Under the pieces are notes generated by a model that was given only the letters and a program-made list of their open reading frames with translations, searched no databases and was not told the origin of the DNA. Made by a program: the position numbers and the translations under genes. From a virus, in the IMG/VR virus record IMGVR_UViG_3300020179_002092, positions 1-64,000 of that record: a stretch of 64,000 bases of DNA; one strand, given 5' to 3'. Shown in pieces: positions 38,222-47,852 of this stretch. The first letter of the stretch is position 1, and each line of letters opens with the position of its first letter.

Positions 38222-40642
38222 TTAAATACTAATTGTTGCAACTACTTCACTAATACCAGCGTTTAATATTCTAATATCTACAATTACATCACCGGTATTA
38301 CTTGTTGTTATTGTAGTTTGTTGTAATTCGGTACCAGCAACAACAAATTTCATACTAGTACCAGTAATTGTTAGTGAAACAGGTAAATTATTTATTCTTT
38401 GATTTAAGAAATTGTATGCAGATACAAGTATTTGACTATTAATAGGTGAATTGTCATAATCATAATTAGTTTGTAGAGTTCTTAATACAATTCTAACAGG
38501 AATTGATATGCTTAAACTATGAATATTTACATATCCATTATCTGCTGGTGCTTCAGTGGCCCAAATTCTGTCTGTTGCATCCCTGCCTAGACTTGTAAAT
38601 ATACCAGGTATTTCTGTAGTTGACATCCAACCTTCTGCATCGTTCCACTGATAAATAACTATGCGATCTTGTAGTATCATACCTACAAGTTTTCTGTCGT
38701 CTTTTAAAAATACAATACTTTTAATAGTTGTAGGTACTGTAAACGATGAGTGATAAGTTAATCTTTTTGGCAGTGGAGGAGTAGTTGTAGGATCCATATT
38801 TACTTTATACGTAAACACAACTCTACCACCACTTGCACTTGATCCACTACTAGTACTACCATATTTATTAAATACACCACTCATAGTGTACATAGTTAAA
38901 TATCTGTTTAATTTTTCTATTGGTAAAGCTATACTACTTGGTGTAGTAAACGCTTCTATTACACTTAATGCAGTAGATGAACTTGGTGTAACACTTACAG
39001 TTCTTACTTGATTTCCTATTTTTATTACATCACCTGCTACAAGATCTATATTAAAATTAGTACTTACACCTGTTACTAAAAAACCATCCATAACAGCATT
39101 ACCAATATTTTGATAGCTAGTGTGATGCTCATTATACATCAAATCTGCTAAACCATTATCAGCACCTTCAGTATTTCTAATAAGTGTTGCACTTGGTGTG
39201 GGTACATTATTAATAAGAGTTCTTCTATTTCTATATCTGCCGCTAATACCGCCAGCAAAATTAGGACCTGCAGGTTTACCAGTAAGCGTACTAGGACCAA
39301 AACTTTTGCTTAATCCTTCAGTATTATTAGTATTATTAGCAACTGTGTTACCATTATTAAGTGTTATTTCTACAGGAAATCTAGTAAAACTTTCTGCTCC
39401 ACTAGTTGTCCAAGTGTACAAATAAGGATAATAATTTCCTACTTTATCAAAATAGGGAGTAAACCAGTGTCTAATGTTAATATTACTAGAGTTATAAAAA
39501 ACTTTTGAAGAAAATTTAGCAAATTCACCTAGTGCTGTGCTATTTGTATTTCGTTTTCCAGGGGAAAATCTTACAGTTTCTGGCACCGTCGGCGCGTCGT
39601 CTAACTTTGTTACAACTGTAGTATTAAGCGGAGCAGAGGTTTCGCCTGCTTTATGTGAAACTAAATAGCCTACATGATCACTTCTACAATCGTTAAAGAA
39701 ATAAGTAGGAACGTTAGATGCATTTTTACCAACATATTGACCAATCATTTCATCAAATAATGTAACAGGTGCTGATGGTGAACCAGTGGTGCCAAATAAT
39801 TGTAATGGTCCGCTACGCTCTCCAGTTCGTATATTTATACGTCTAAGTGCAAAAGTTGGTCTAATTACTTTGCCAAATTCACTAATAGGATAGAAACTGT
39901 CGGCACCGCGTCCGGTAGCCCCTCCTGCTATAGAAATTTTACCGCTGCTAGTTATACATAATTCAGAAACCCAACCAGTATTACCATCTTCTTCAGTGGG
40001 AAGTGCAAAATATACTCCCTGCGAAGCCTCTGTATAGGATTGAGTTTGTATTTGTGTACCGGCACTAATTATAGTAGGCGGTACTGCATACATTTCTTGA
40101 GGACTTCCGCCACCGGGCCAAAGTATAACAGTTAGAGGGCCACCATAGCTGCCATCAATATACCACATAACTGTTACTGTAGTTAAATCGTTTGATATAA
40201 CTCTATTTATTACACCGCGTTGTAAACCTTCAACCATGTTTAAATAGTTAGTTACTATTAAGTTAGTTTGACTGTTCATGTTTAATACATCAACAGCGGC
40301 AGTAGCAGCACTCATGTCATTGCCAAGAATAGTATGACCAGCATAAGCAACATCTTTAGTTAAAGCCATAGTACTGCCAGGAAATAATCCGCTTCTTGCA
40401 ATAGCACCTAGGACGTTAGGTGCTACTGTTTCTAGAATATTTCTATTTTTTAGATGAATATTACTACCACGATAATCAACGCGATTTCCACCTGGAGTCA
40501 TAAACATATGACTATTATGTTTATAGGCTAAAGTATCTTTTGAATAACCTTCACCTTCTAAATAAATTGTGTTCTTTCCTGGATTGGGATCCTCAAAAAC
40601 ACTAATTACACCTTTTTTTGTAGCATATTTAATTATAGCCAT
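38222..40642 (-). CDS. putative virion/fibre-tip protein, EDPxP paralog family member
   Basis: FEDPNP..IYL N-terminus, LTYHS, GRDATDRIW, C-terminal Ig-like domain. Confidence 0.65.
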   Translation of the reverse strand: MAIIKYATKKGVISVFEDPNPGKNTIYLEGEGYSKDTLAYKHNSHMFMTPGGNRVDYRGSNIHLKNRNILETVAPNVLGAIARSGLFPGSTMALTKDVAYAGHTILGNDMSAATAAVDVLNMNSQTNLIVTNYLNMVEGLQRGVINRVISNDLTTVTVMWYIDGSYGGPLTVILWPGGGSPQEMYAVPPTIISAGTQIQTQSYTEASQGVYFALPTEEDGNTGWVSELCITSSGKISIAGGATGRGADSFYPISEFGKVIRPTFALRRINIRTGERSGPLQLFGTTGSPSAPVTLFDEMIGQYVGKNASNVPTYFFNDCRSDHVGYLVSHKAGETSAPLNTTVVTKLDDAPTVPETVRFSPGKRNTNSTALGEFAKFSSKVFYNSSNINIRHWFTPYFDKVGNYYPYLYTWTTSGAESFTRFPVEITLNNGNTVANNTNNTEGLSKSFGPSTLTGKPAGPNFAGGISGRYRNRRTLINNVPTPSATLIRNTEGADNGLADLMYNEHHTSYQNIGNAVMDGFLVTGVSTNFNIDLVAGDVIKIGNQVRTVSVTPSSSTALSVIEAFTTPSSIALPIEKLNRYLTMYTMSGVFNKYGSTSSGSSASGGRVVFTYKVNMDPTTTPPLPKRLTYHSSFTVPTTIKSIVFLKDDRKLVGMILQDRIVIYQWNDAEGWMSTTEIPGIFTSLGRDATDRIWATEAPADNGYVNIHSLSISIPVRIVLRTLQTNYDYDNSPINSQILVSAYNFLNQRINNLPVSLTITGTSMKFVVAGTELQQTTITTSNTGDVIVDIRILNAGISEVVATISI

Positions 40643-40917
40643 TATTCAGATTCCTTTTCAGAATAACCTTCTCCCAACATCCAGTTTACAACTTCTTGTG
40701 CATCTATCCACTTATACCGTTGACCATTTTTATCAAATCTTAGTGGATGTTTATAAAAAATTCCAGAATATGTTTCAACAGTTTTTTCCATTTCTTCTAC
40801 TATTTGCTTTTCTATTTTAAATAATTTAGCAACAGTATTATTTTCTTCTAATACTACTTTATAGGTTTCAATTATAGTAATATGTTCACTAATAGCTATT
40901 GGTATTTCAAAAATCAT
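40642..40917 (-). CDS. small hypothetical protein (possible paralog of 60610..60804)
   Basis: C-terminal P..NG..W...E...W motif. Confidence 0.6.
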   Translation of the reverse strand: MIFEIPIAISEHITIIETYKVVLEENNTVAKLFKIEKQIVEEMEKTVETYSGIFYKHPLRFDKNGQRYKWIDAQEVVNWMLGEGYSEKESE

Positions 40918-40929
40918 TTTGTATATTCC

Positions 40930-41385
40930 TTAATTACTGTATATAAATTGCGTATATAAATCCTCGGCTCCAATACCAGGTTGTATTATATCAACTGTTA
41001 AATAGTCTCCTTGAATCATAGCAATTTCACTAATGCTACTGCTATTTGCATATGTAGCATTTGCTAAAATATTTAACTCTTTAGTTAATAAACCATTTTT
41101 TCTAACACCTATTTTTATAAGATTGTTAGTAGGTTTTACTAAATACGCTCTAATTTCAATTATAGTCAGTGTAGAAGGAGCATACCAACGTTTTTTACCA
41201 ATGTTCTTGGTTAATTTACCAAATATAGTATGATTAAAATGACTAAGAGGTACTGTTATAGTATTACCATGTGTAGCTGTTAAAACTTGACCTTCGGCAT
41301 TTACCGTTATATTAGCCGCAGTATAATAGCCTGGCAATACACCTGTAGGCGTAATATTAGTTTCTGTGATTTTTGTTGATGACAT
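40930..41385 (-). CDS. short fibre/adaptor protein
   Basis: N-term TGV.PG.YT.ANITVN shared with 44814..47843; C-term GDYLTVD domain shared with 60806 gene. Confidence 0.65.
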   Translation of the reverse strand: MSSTKITETNITPTGVLPGYYTAANITVNAEGQVLTATHGNTITVPLSHFNHTIFGKLTKNIGKKRWYAPSTLTIIEIRAYLVKPTNNLIKIGVRKNGLLTKELNILANATYANSSSISEIAMIQGDYLTVDIIQPGIGAEDLYTQFIYSN

Positions 41386-41508
41386 GGTAATGCCCTATAT
41401 AAGTTAAAATTTTTACTACTACTATTATACTATAAAAGTAGTAGTAGATGCTAGATTAAATTTATATTAACTAGCACTTATCTTTATCGTAGGGTAATAT
41501 TTTTTTAA

Positions 41509-41880
41509 CTATTGAGGTATAACAACCTCAATCCAACTTGTGGTACTTTCATCCCAACGATACATCTTACCATCTGTGGGCATTGCGGTAGGTGCTTGCC
41601 ATAAGCCAGCGGCATCATCTAGTTGCCAGCTCGCAAAAGGCTTAGGAGGAATAAAAGCATCACGTTCAGGATCATAGCTGTAGCCAATGCCAGCATAATT
41701 TTTGCGAAATGGTGTGCCACCACCGTTATGTACTCCACCATGTGTGTTATAACTGGTGCGCTTGCACAATTGACCACGAAACTGACCGTAGTGTGCTTCC
41801 CAATCATAGTTTGATTCATCTTTACCTACGATAACTTCAGTAACGATGTAGTTTTCATCTAAAAATGCATAATGTGCCAT
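41509..41880 (-). CDS. tail fibre-associated (chaperone-like) protein
   Basis: MAHYAFLD, RTSYN, RKNYAGIG.YD...DAFIPPKPF.SW; follows Gly-rich fibre genes. Confidence 0.7.
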   Translation of the reverse strand: MAHYAFLDENYIVTEVIVGKDESNYDWEAHYGQFRGQLCKRTSYNTHGGVHNGGGTPFRKNYAGIGYSYDPERDAFIPPKPFASWQLDDAAGLWQAPTAMPTDGKMYRWDESTTSWIEVVIPQ

Positions 41881-41918
41881 TTGTTGTTTTCCTTATAGAA
41901 AATAATAATATACTGTAT

Positions 41919-44804
41919 TTATGTTAGACTGAATGTGACGGTGCCTGTACCGGCTGTGAATGACAGTATTCTAGATCCCACTACAGCGGTTGTGTTGTTA
42001 GTGAATGTCAGGCCAGCTGATACTGTGGCTGTATATACGCTAGGTATACGCAGTACAACTATGCCGGAACCACCTGCGCCTCCTGCGTAAAAAGTATTAG
42101 GCCCAGTAGCAAAACCACCGCCACCTCCTCCTCCCCCGGTATTAGCTGTACCAGATGATCCTGTAGCCGAAGTAACACCATTGCCACCGCCCCCTGAACC
42201 ACCTGTTCCAGCGGTGCTTGTTTGTCTAAAGTCTGGAGCACCTCCACCCCCACCTGCATAAGTTACAGTTGAGCCAGTTATTACGGAATTTGCCCCAGCA
42301 CCGCCATTTCCTCCCGCAGATGTTGTTGCATTTACTCCAATAGCATTTGCACCGCCCCCACCTGCTCCAACAGGATAACCTCCAAAAACTCCAGTTCCTC
42401 CAGTATTTCCTTGGCTAGGTGAAGTTGATGGCGTATTTCCTGAACCTCCTACTCCATTAGTAGGGTTAGAACCACCCCCGCCACCGCCCGAACCACCGCT
42501 TAATCCGTTTTGATTTGGCGCTATAGTACAACCCCCGCCACCGCCTTTTGTAGAAGTAATTGTGCTGAAAACAGAATCTGACCCAGACACTCCTACATTT
42601 TGAGTTCCAGATGCGCCGCCTGCGCCACCACCACCAACTGTAATCTCATAGCTAGTTCCTGTGTTAACACTTAATACTGTTCCGGCCCTGAAACCTCCTG
42701 CGCCACCTCCACCACCACCATTACCACTAGAGCCGCCGCCGCCTCCGGCCACTACCAAGTATTCTACTGTGAGTGGGGGTGGTGTAGTTTGTAGCGCAAA
42801 AGTACCAGTACCGGCGGTAAATCTAGTATGACGATATCCCCCACCTTGGCTGATGGTTTCCGCAGTTAAGCCGGTGCCGATGCTAGCGTAGTAAGTGTCA
42901 GGATAGCGTACAATAACTACGCCGGAACCGCCGGCACCACCATTACCGGCTCTACCAGCTCCACCACCTCCACCTGTGTTGGCATTACCTGATGTGCCGT
43001 TTCCAGTACCAAACACACCAGTACCTCCTCCTCCTGCGCCACCTGCACCAGCTGTGCCTGTAGAAGTTGATCCACCTCCACCTCCAGCATAAGTTACTGA
43101 CGATCCTGTGATAGAAGATGATAAGCCGGCACCGCCGCTACCTCCACCTCCAGTAGTGCCGGTAGTACCTACTGCTCCGGCACCTCCACCTCCACCCCCT
43201 GCTCCGTAGGAACCCGATGAGTGATTTGCAGTACCACCGTTATTTCCCTGACTAGGTGTTGTAGCAGGTGTATTTCCTAAGCCGCCGGCATAGGACCCCG
43301 AAGATAAGGCTATTGATCCTCCACCACCTGAGCCACCATTTCCAGCATTTGCGCCTCCATAGGCTTGTCCACCTTTGCCTCCACCAGTAGAAGTAATAGT
43401 ATGAAAAGAAGAATCAGAACCATTAGTAGGATTTGTAGAACTGCTTTGTATTGCGCCCGCTCCGGCAGCTCCAACAGTTACAGTATATGATGTTCCTGCA
43501 ACTATCGAAAAATCAGCTGCTGTTCTAAATCCACCTGCACCTCCACCTCCAGAAACATCAGTGTAACCTCCACCCCCACCACCACCGGCTACCACTAGGT
43601 AATCTACCGAAATAGGCGGATTATTACTAAAAAATACATTACCAGTGCCCGCGGTAAAGGTTGATACTTTGTTGGCGCCGATGGTGACAGTTGATGTGGT
43701 CAAGCCCGAGCCTGGGATCATGTAATACACTGCGGGATAGCGTAGGATCACAATACCAGAACCACCTGTCCTTCCGCCTACAGAGTCGCCCGGAGTTATC
43801 CAACCACCGCCCCCACCGCCCCCACCAGTGTTTGTAGTTCCCGCAGTTGATGATGCTACTAAAGAATTAGGTGTTTCTGAACTTAGGCTACCGTTTCCAC
43901 CACCACCTTGTCCACCTAAACCTTGCTTTGACGCAGGTTGTGATCCGGGGTAAAGAGCTCCACCACCACCTCCACCACTGTAATAAGTAAGAGTACCCGT
44001 AATTAAACTTGTTCCGCCAACACCACCATTTGCCGCAGTAGTTAGTAATCCACTTGCACCAATGCCACCAGCACCGCCACCAGCACCACCTGCATAATTT
44101 GGAGGACTTCTATATCCGGCACCACCTGCATTACCTTGACTAGGCGTGGTAGAAGGGGTATTACCCGGCCCACCTGCATTTCCTGTAGATCCACCGGCTT
44201 GCCCACCGCCACCTGATCCACCTGATCCACCGGTATTGCTATAGCCGTTAGCAGAACTACCGCCACCGCCGCCGCCACCTGTTGAGGTAATACTACCAAA
44301 TATACTATTACTACCCGCACTACCATTATCAAAAACCGCTCCTGGTCCTGTTCCACCGGCCCCCACTGTAACTGTATAAGTTGTAGTAAAATTTACTGTA
44401 CTAGTTCCTGTTCTAAATCCACCTCCACCTCCACCTCCTGCAAGATATCCACCCCCACCTCCGCCACCGGCAACTACCAAATAATCTACACTCATTGTAG
44501 TCAGCGAGCTAGTAACACCAGATACCGTGATCCAAGCTGCCAAGGTGGCATCATAGTATTCAACACGATCTAAGTCGGTGTTGAATCGAACATAACCATC
44601 ATTTACCGAAGTCGGGCGTTGGGCTGTGGTGCCGCGAGGTAGGCTGAAGAATCCTGTGCTGGTATTGTCTCGATCCGACACATCAGCAGGCCCGGTTATG
44701 CTAGACCCAACTTTATTCCAGCTATTACCGTCATAACGCCACACAATATTATTATAAGTATAAGTTTGGTTAGTGCTAGGGCTTAAGGGAAATGATATTG
44801 GCAT
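41919..44804 (-). CDS. glycine-rich fibre/adhesin, three tandem Gly-rich domains
   Basis: 3x V(D/E)YLVVAGGGGG...GGSGxVxxR; LPRGTTAQRP neck. Confidence 0.85.
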   Translation of the reverse strand: MPISFPLSPSTNQTYTYNNIVWRYDGNSWNKVGSSITGPADVSDRDNTSTGFFSLPRGTTAQRPTSVNDGYVRFNTDLDRVEYYDATLAAWITVSGVTSSLTTMSVDYLVVAGGGGGGGYLAGGGGGGGFRTGTSTVNFTTTYTVTVGAGGTGPGAVFDNGSAGSNSIFGSITSTGGGGGGGSSANGYSNTGGSGGSGGGGQAGGSTGNAGGPGNTPSTTPSQGNAGGAGYRSPPNYAGGAGGGAGGIGASGLLTTAANGGVGGTSLITGTLTYYSGGGGGGALYPGSQPASKQGLGGQGGGGNGSLSSETPNSLVASSTAGTTNTGGGGGGGGWITPGDSVGGRTGGSGIVILRYPAVYYMIPGSGLTTSTVTIGANKVSTFTAGTGNVFFSNNPPISVDYLVVAGGGGGGGYTDVSGGGGAGGFRTAADFSIVAGTSYTVTVGAAGAGAIQSSSTNPTNGSDSSFHTITSTGGGKGGQAYGGANAGNGGSGGGGSIALSSGSYAGGLGNTPATTPSQGNNGGTANHSSGSYGAGGGGGGAGAVGTTGTTGGGGSGGAGLSSSITGSSVTYAGGGGGSTSTGTAGAGGAGGGGTGVFGTGNGTSGNANTGGGGGAGRAGNGGAGGSGVVIVRYPDTYYASIGTGLTAETISQGGGYRHTRFTAGTGTFALQTTPPPLTVEYLVVAGGGGGSSGNGGGGGGAGGFRAGTVLSVNTGTSYEITVGGGGAGGASGTQNVGVSGSDSVFSTITSTKGGGGGCTIAPNQNGLSGGSGGGGGGSNPTNGVGGSGNTPSTSPSQGNTGGTGVFGGYPVGAGGGGANAIGVNATTSAGGNGGAGANSVITGSTVTYAGGGGGAPDFRQTSTAGTGGSGGGGNGVTSATGSSGTANTGGGGGGGGFATGPNTFYAGGAGGSGIVVLRIPSVYTATVSAGLTFTNNTTAVVGSRILSFTAGTGTVTFSLT

Positions 44805-44813
44805 GATTTAATC

Positions 44814-47800
44814 CTAGTTAAATGTTACAGTACCGGTTCCGGCTGTGACTGAATATACTCGATAACCTGTTACCGCGGTGTTTGATTGAGTCACAGTCAG
44901 GCCAGCTGAAAATGTGGCTGTGTATAGATTGGGTATGCGTAGGATGACTACGCCAGAACCACCTGTACCGGCCAATCCGGTACTAACATACGAACTGCCA
45001 CCGCCACCGCCACCGGTGTTTACTAATCCTGATCCGGCTGCTCTTGTATATACAGAAGAAGCATTTAATAAAGCACCATCGCCTCCTCCCCCAAATCCAC
45101 CTGCTCCGCCACCGCCCGACGCTCCACTGTTTCTTAAACTACTAGATCCACCACCGCCACCAGCATAACTCACAGATGAGCCTGTTATAGACAAGTTAGC
45201 ACCTATACCACCAGCGCCACCCGAACTACTACCGGTTCCATTTCCTCCTATACCACCAGCACCGCCGCCTCCGCCGCCGTCGTAGGTGGTATTCATTGTA
45301 CCATTACCACCTGTATTACCTTGACCTGAGGTTCCAGCTGCTCCTGTATTATTTGTAGAGCCACCTAATCCACCTCCACCGCTTCCACCAGACACAGCCG
45401 GGCCAGGTATATTACCTGCGCCATATCCGCCACCAATAGCAGTAAAGGAAGAAAAAATACTATTACTACCAGAAGTTTGATTTACAGAAGGACTATATTG
45501 TCCTGCTGTGCCGCCACCCCCTACACTAACATTATAAGGAACACCGGATTGAATGTTTGTTCCTGTCCCTGTTAAGAGTCCACCAGCTCCCCCACCACCA
45601 CCAGTACTAGAACCACCGCCACCTCCGCCAGCCACTACCAAATAATCTACTGTAAGTGGTGGTGTGGTGGTGAATGAGATTGATCCTGTGCCCGCAGTAA
45701 ATCTTGTGTATTTCTCTGCTGCATTTATTGTGACTGTTTCTGCGGTGAGTCCGGTTCCGAGATTGATATAGTAGTTGGTAGAATAGCGTAGAATGACTAC
45801 ACCACTGCCACCTGTGCCACCGTTGCCGTATGTTGTATCATTATTTCTATGAGAAGCGCCACCGCCACCACCTGTATTAGCAGTACCATCACCACCTGCA
45901 TTAGGTGCTCCCGTCGCCCCAGAATTTCCGCCTCCACCCAATCCGCCAGAACCTGGTGTGCCTCCAGTATATGTTCCGCCGCCGCCTCCACCAGCATAAT
46001 AAGTAGACGATCCTGTAATAGAACTTAGTGCTCCTATCCCGCCATTACCACCGGTGGTAGAGGTTCCGTTAGCACCAACAGAACCAGCACCTCCACCACC
46101 ACCAGAACCATAATTTCCTGTACTAACACTACCGCCACCATTGTTGCCCTGACTAGGTGTTGTGCTAGGGGTATTTCCTGCACCAATGGCTCCGCTGTAC
46201 CCTGCCCCACCACCAGAACCGCCGCTGCCACCTGCACCCGACCCTGTGCCCCCGCCCTGTCCCGAAGTACCACCGAATCCACCGCCTGTTGTGGATATAC
46301 CCGAAAATGCACTACCGCTTCCAGGAGAACCTTGTGTTTGAAGTGAACCAGATCCAGTGCCCCCACTACCACCAGCACCAACTGTTACAGTATAGGTTGT
46401 ATTAAGTTGTATAGTACTTTGTGTACTAGTTAATAGTCCTCCTGCTCCACCTCCACCCCCCAAGCCTCTTACACCTCCACCGCCACCAGCAACTACTAGA
46501 TACTGTACAGCAATGGGCGGTGTTGTTGAAAAACTGACAGTGCCAGTGCCAGCTGTGAATGTGATGATTTTGAATCCACCTACTATAACAGAGCTTGATG
46601 TTAGCCCAGCTGATACTGTTTCATAATATAGTATAGGATATTTGATAATAACAATACCAGAGCCGCCCGAATAACCGCCCTGACTTCCGCTGCCACCACC
46701 GCCACCACCACCGGAATTTGTTGTACCTGCTGCTCCAGCAACAGTGCCGGCGCCTTTTCCGCCCCCACCTAAACCACCAGTACCGCCATTGGTTCCATTG
46801 AAAGTTCCGCCACCGCCACCGCCAGCGTAATATCCAGTAGAAGGTGATCCACCATGGCCAGCTGCACCGAAAGATGAAGCAAATGATGGACCTATTAGAC
46901 CACTTCCGCCATTGCCACCAGTTCCTCCAGATGGTCTGGCTGATCCTGCACTACCAGCACCACCACCACCAGATGCATCTGTTGTATCGCTACCCAGAGT
47001 CGCGCCATTTTGACCTTGTGTAGTTGAAATTTCGCCTGAAATAGGAGTTATTGCAATTGCAGCCCCACCAGGGCCATTATAACCAGCGCCACCACCAGAA
47101 CCCCCAGTAAGACCTGGACTACCTGGCGCAACACCGCCACCGCCACCGCCACCTTTTGATGTAATAGAGTGTAAGATTGAATCGCTGCCTGTTGATCCAC
47201 CACTGGCGCTACCTGTGTTTGTACTTCCTGCGCCACCCCCACCTATAGTAATTGTATAATTTGTGTCTGACAGAAGAAATAAATTAGTACCATATCTCAT
47301 TCCTCCAGCACCGCCACCGCCACCATGACGAGAGCCACCTCCACCTCCACCAGCGACTACTAGATACTCAATATCAAAGCTAGTGGAAACAGCAGCACCA
47401 GCTGTCTGTTGTAGGGCCATCCATGATTGATAAGTTGAATTATAGTATTCTACTTGTAGGGTAGTAGTATTATATCTAACATATCCTGATTGTGGTGTTA
47501 CAGGACGCTGTGCTGTGGTACCAGCTGGTAAACTTATAAAATCTGTAGCTGAATTTGGTTGTCCGCTGACAGCCGCAATATTGGCTGAGCCCCCTCCACC
47601 ACTGACCACTGCCCAAGCATTACCAAAGTAAGCATTGAGGTCACCAGTTTCTGAATTCAACCATAAGTTGCCTTCCCCTGATCCAGCTGGTCGAGTACCA
47701 CTTACTGTAACCGATGCTCCGCCTCCACCACTACTAGCACTGGTAATTTGTCCAGCTTCATTAACCGTAATATTGGCATGAGTATAGCTGCCTGGGGTAA

Positions 47801-47843
47801 CACCTGTGGTGGCTAGCATTGTTGTTGGAACTTTTGTAGGCAT
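44814..47843 (-). CDS. glycine-rich fibre/adhesin, three tandem Gly-rich domains
   Basis: 3x YLVVAGGGGG modules; LPAGTTAQRP neck. Confidence 0.85.
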   Translation of the reverse strand: MPTKVPTTMLATTGVTPGSYTHANITVNEAGQITSASSGGGGASVTVSGTRPAGSGEGNLWLNSETGDLNAYFGNAWAVVSGGGGSANIAAVSGQPNSATDFISLPAGTTAQRPVTPQSGYVRYNTTTLQVEYYNSTYQSWMALQQTAGAAVSTSFDIEYLVVAGGGGGGSRHGGGGGAGGMRYGTNLFLLSDTNYTITIGGGGAGSTNTGSASGGSTGSDSILHSITSKGGGGGGGVAPGSPGLTGGSGGGAGYNGPGGAAIAITPISGEISTTQGQNGATLGSDTTDASGGGGAGSAGSARPSGGTGGNGGSGLIGPSFASSFGAAGHGGSPSTGYYAGGGGGGTFNGTNGGTGGLGGGGKGAGTVAGAAGTTNSGGGGGGGSGSQGGYSGGSGIVIIKYPILYYETVSAGLTSSSVIVGGFKIITFTAGTGTVSFSTTPPIAVQYLVVAGGGGGVRGLGGGGGAGGLLTSTQSTIQLNTTYTVTVGAGGSGGTGSGSLQTQGSPGSGSAFSGISTTGGGFGGTSGQGGGTGSGAGGSGGSGGGAGYSGAIGAGNTPSTTPSQGNNGGGSVSTGNYGSGGGGGAGSVGANGTSTTGGNGGIGALSSITGSSTYYAGGGGGGTYTGGTPGSGGLGGGGNSGATGAPNAGGDGTANTGGGGGASHRNNDTTYGNGGTGGSGVVILRYSTNYYINLGTGLTAETVTINAAEKYTRFTAGTGSISFTTTPPLTVDYLVVAGGGGGGSSTGGGGGAGGLLTGTGTNIQSGVPYNVSVGGGGTAGQYSPSVNQTSGSNSIFSSFTAIGGGYGAGNIPGPAVSGGSGGGGLGGSTNNTGAAGTSGQGNTGGNGTMNTTYDGGGGGGAGGIGGNGTGSSSGGAGGIGANLSITGSSVSYAGGGGGSSSLRNSGASGGGGAGGFGGGGDGALLNASSVYTRAAGSGLVNTGGGGGGSSYVSTGLAGTGGSGVVILRIPNLYTATFSAGLTVTQSNTAVTGYRVYSVTAGTGTVTFN

Positions 47844-47852
47844 GCTGTTTCC

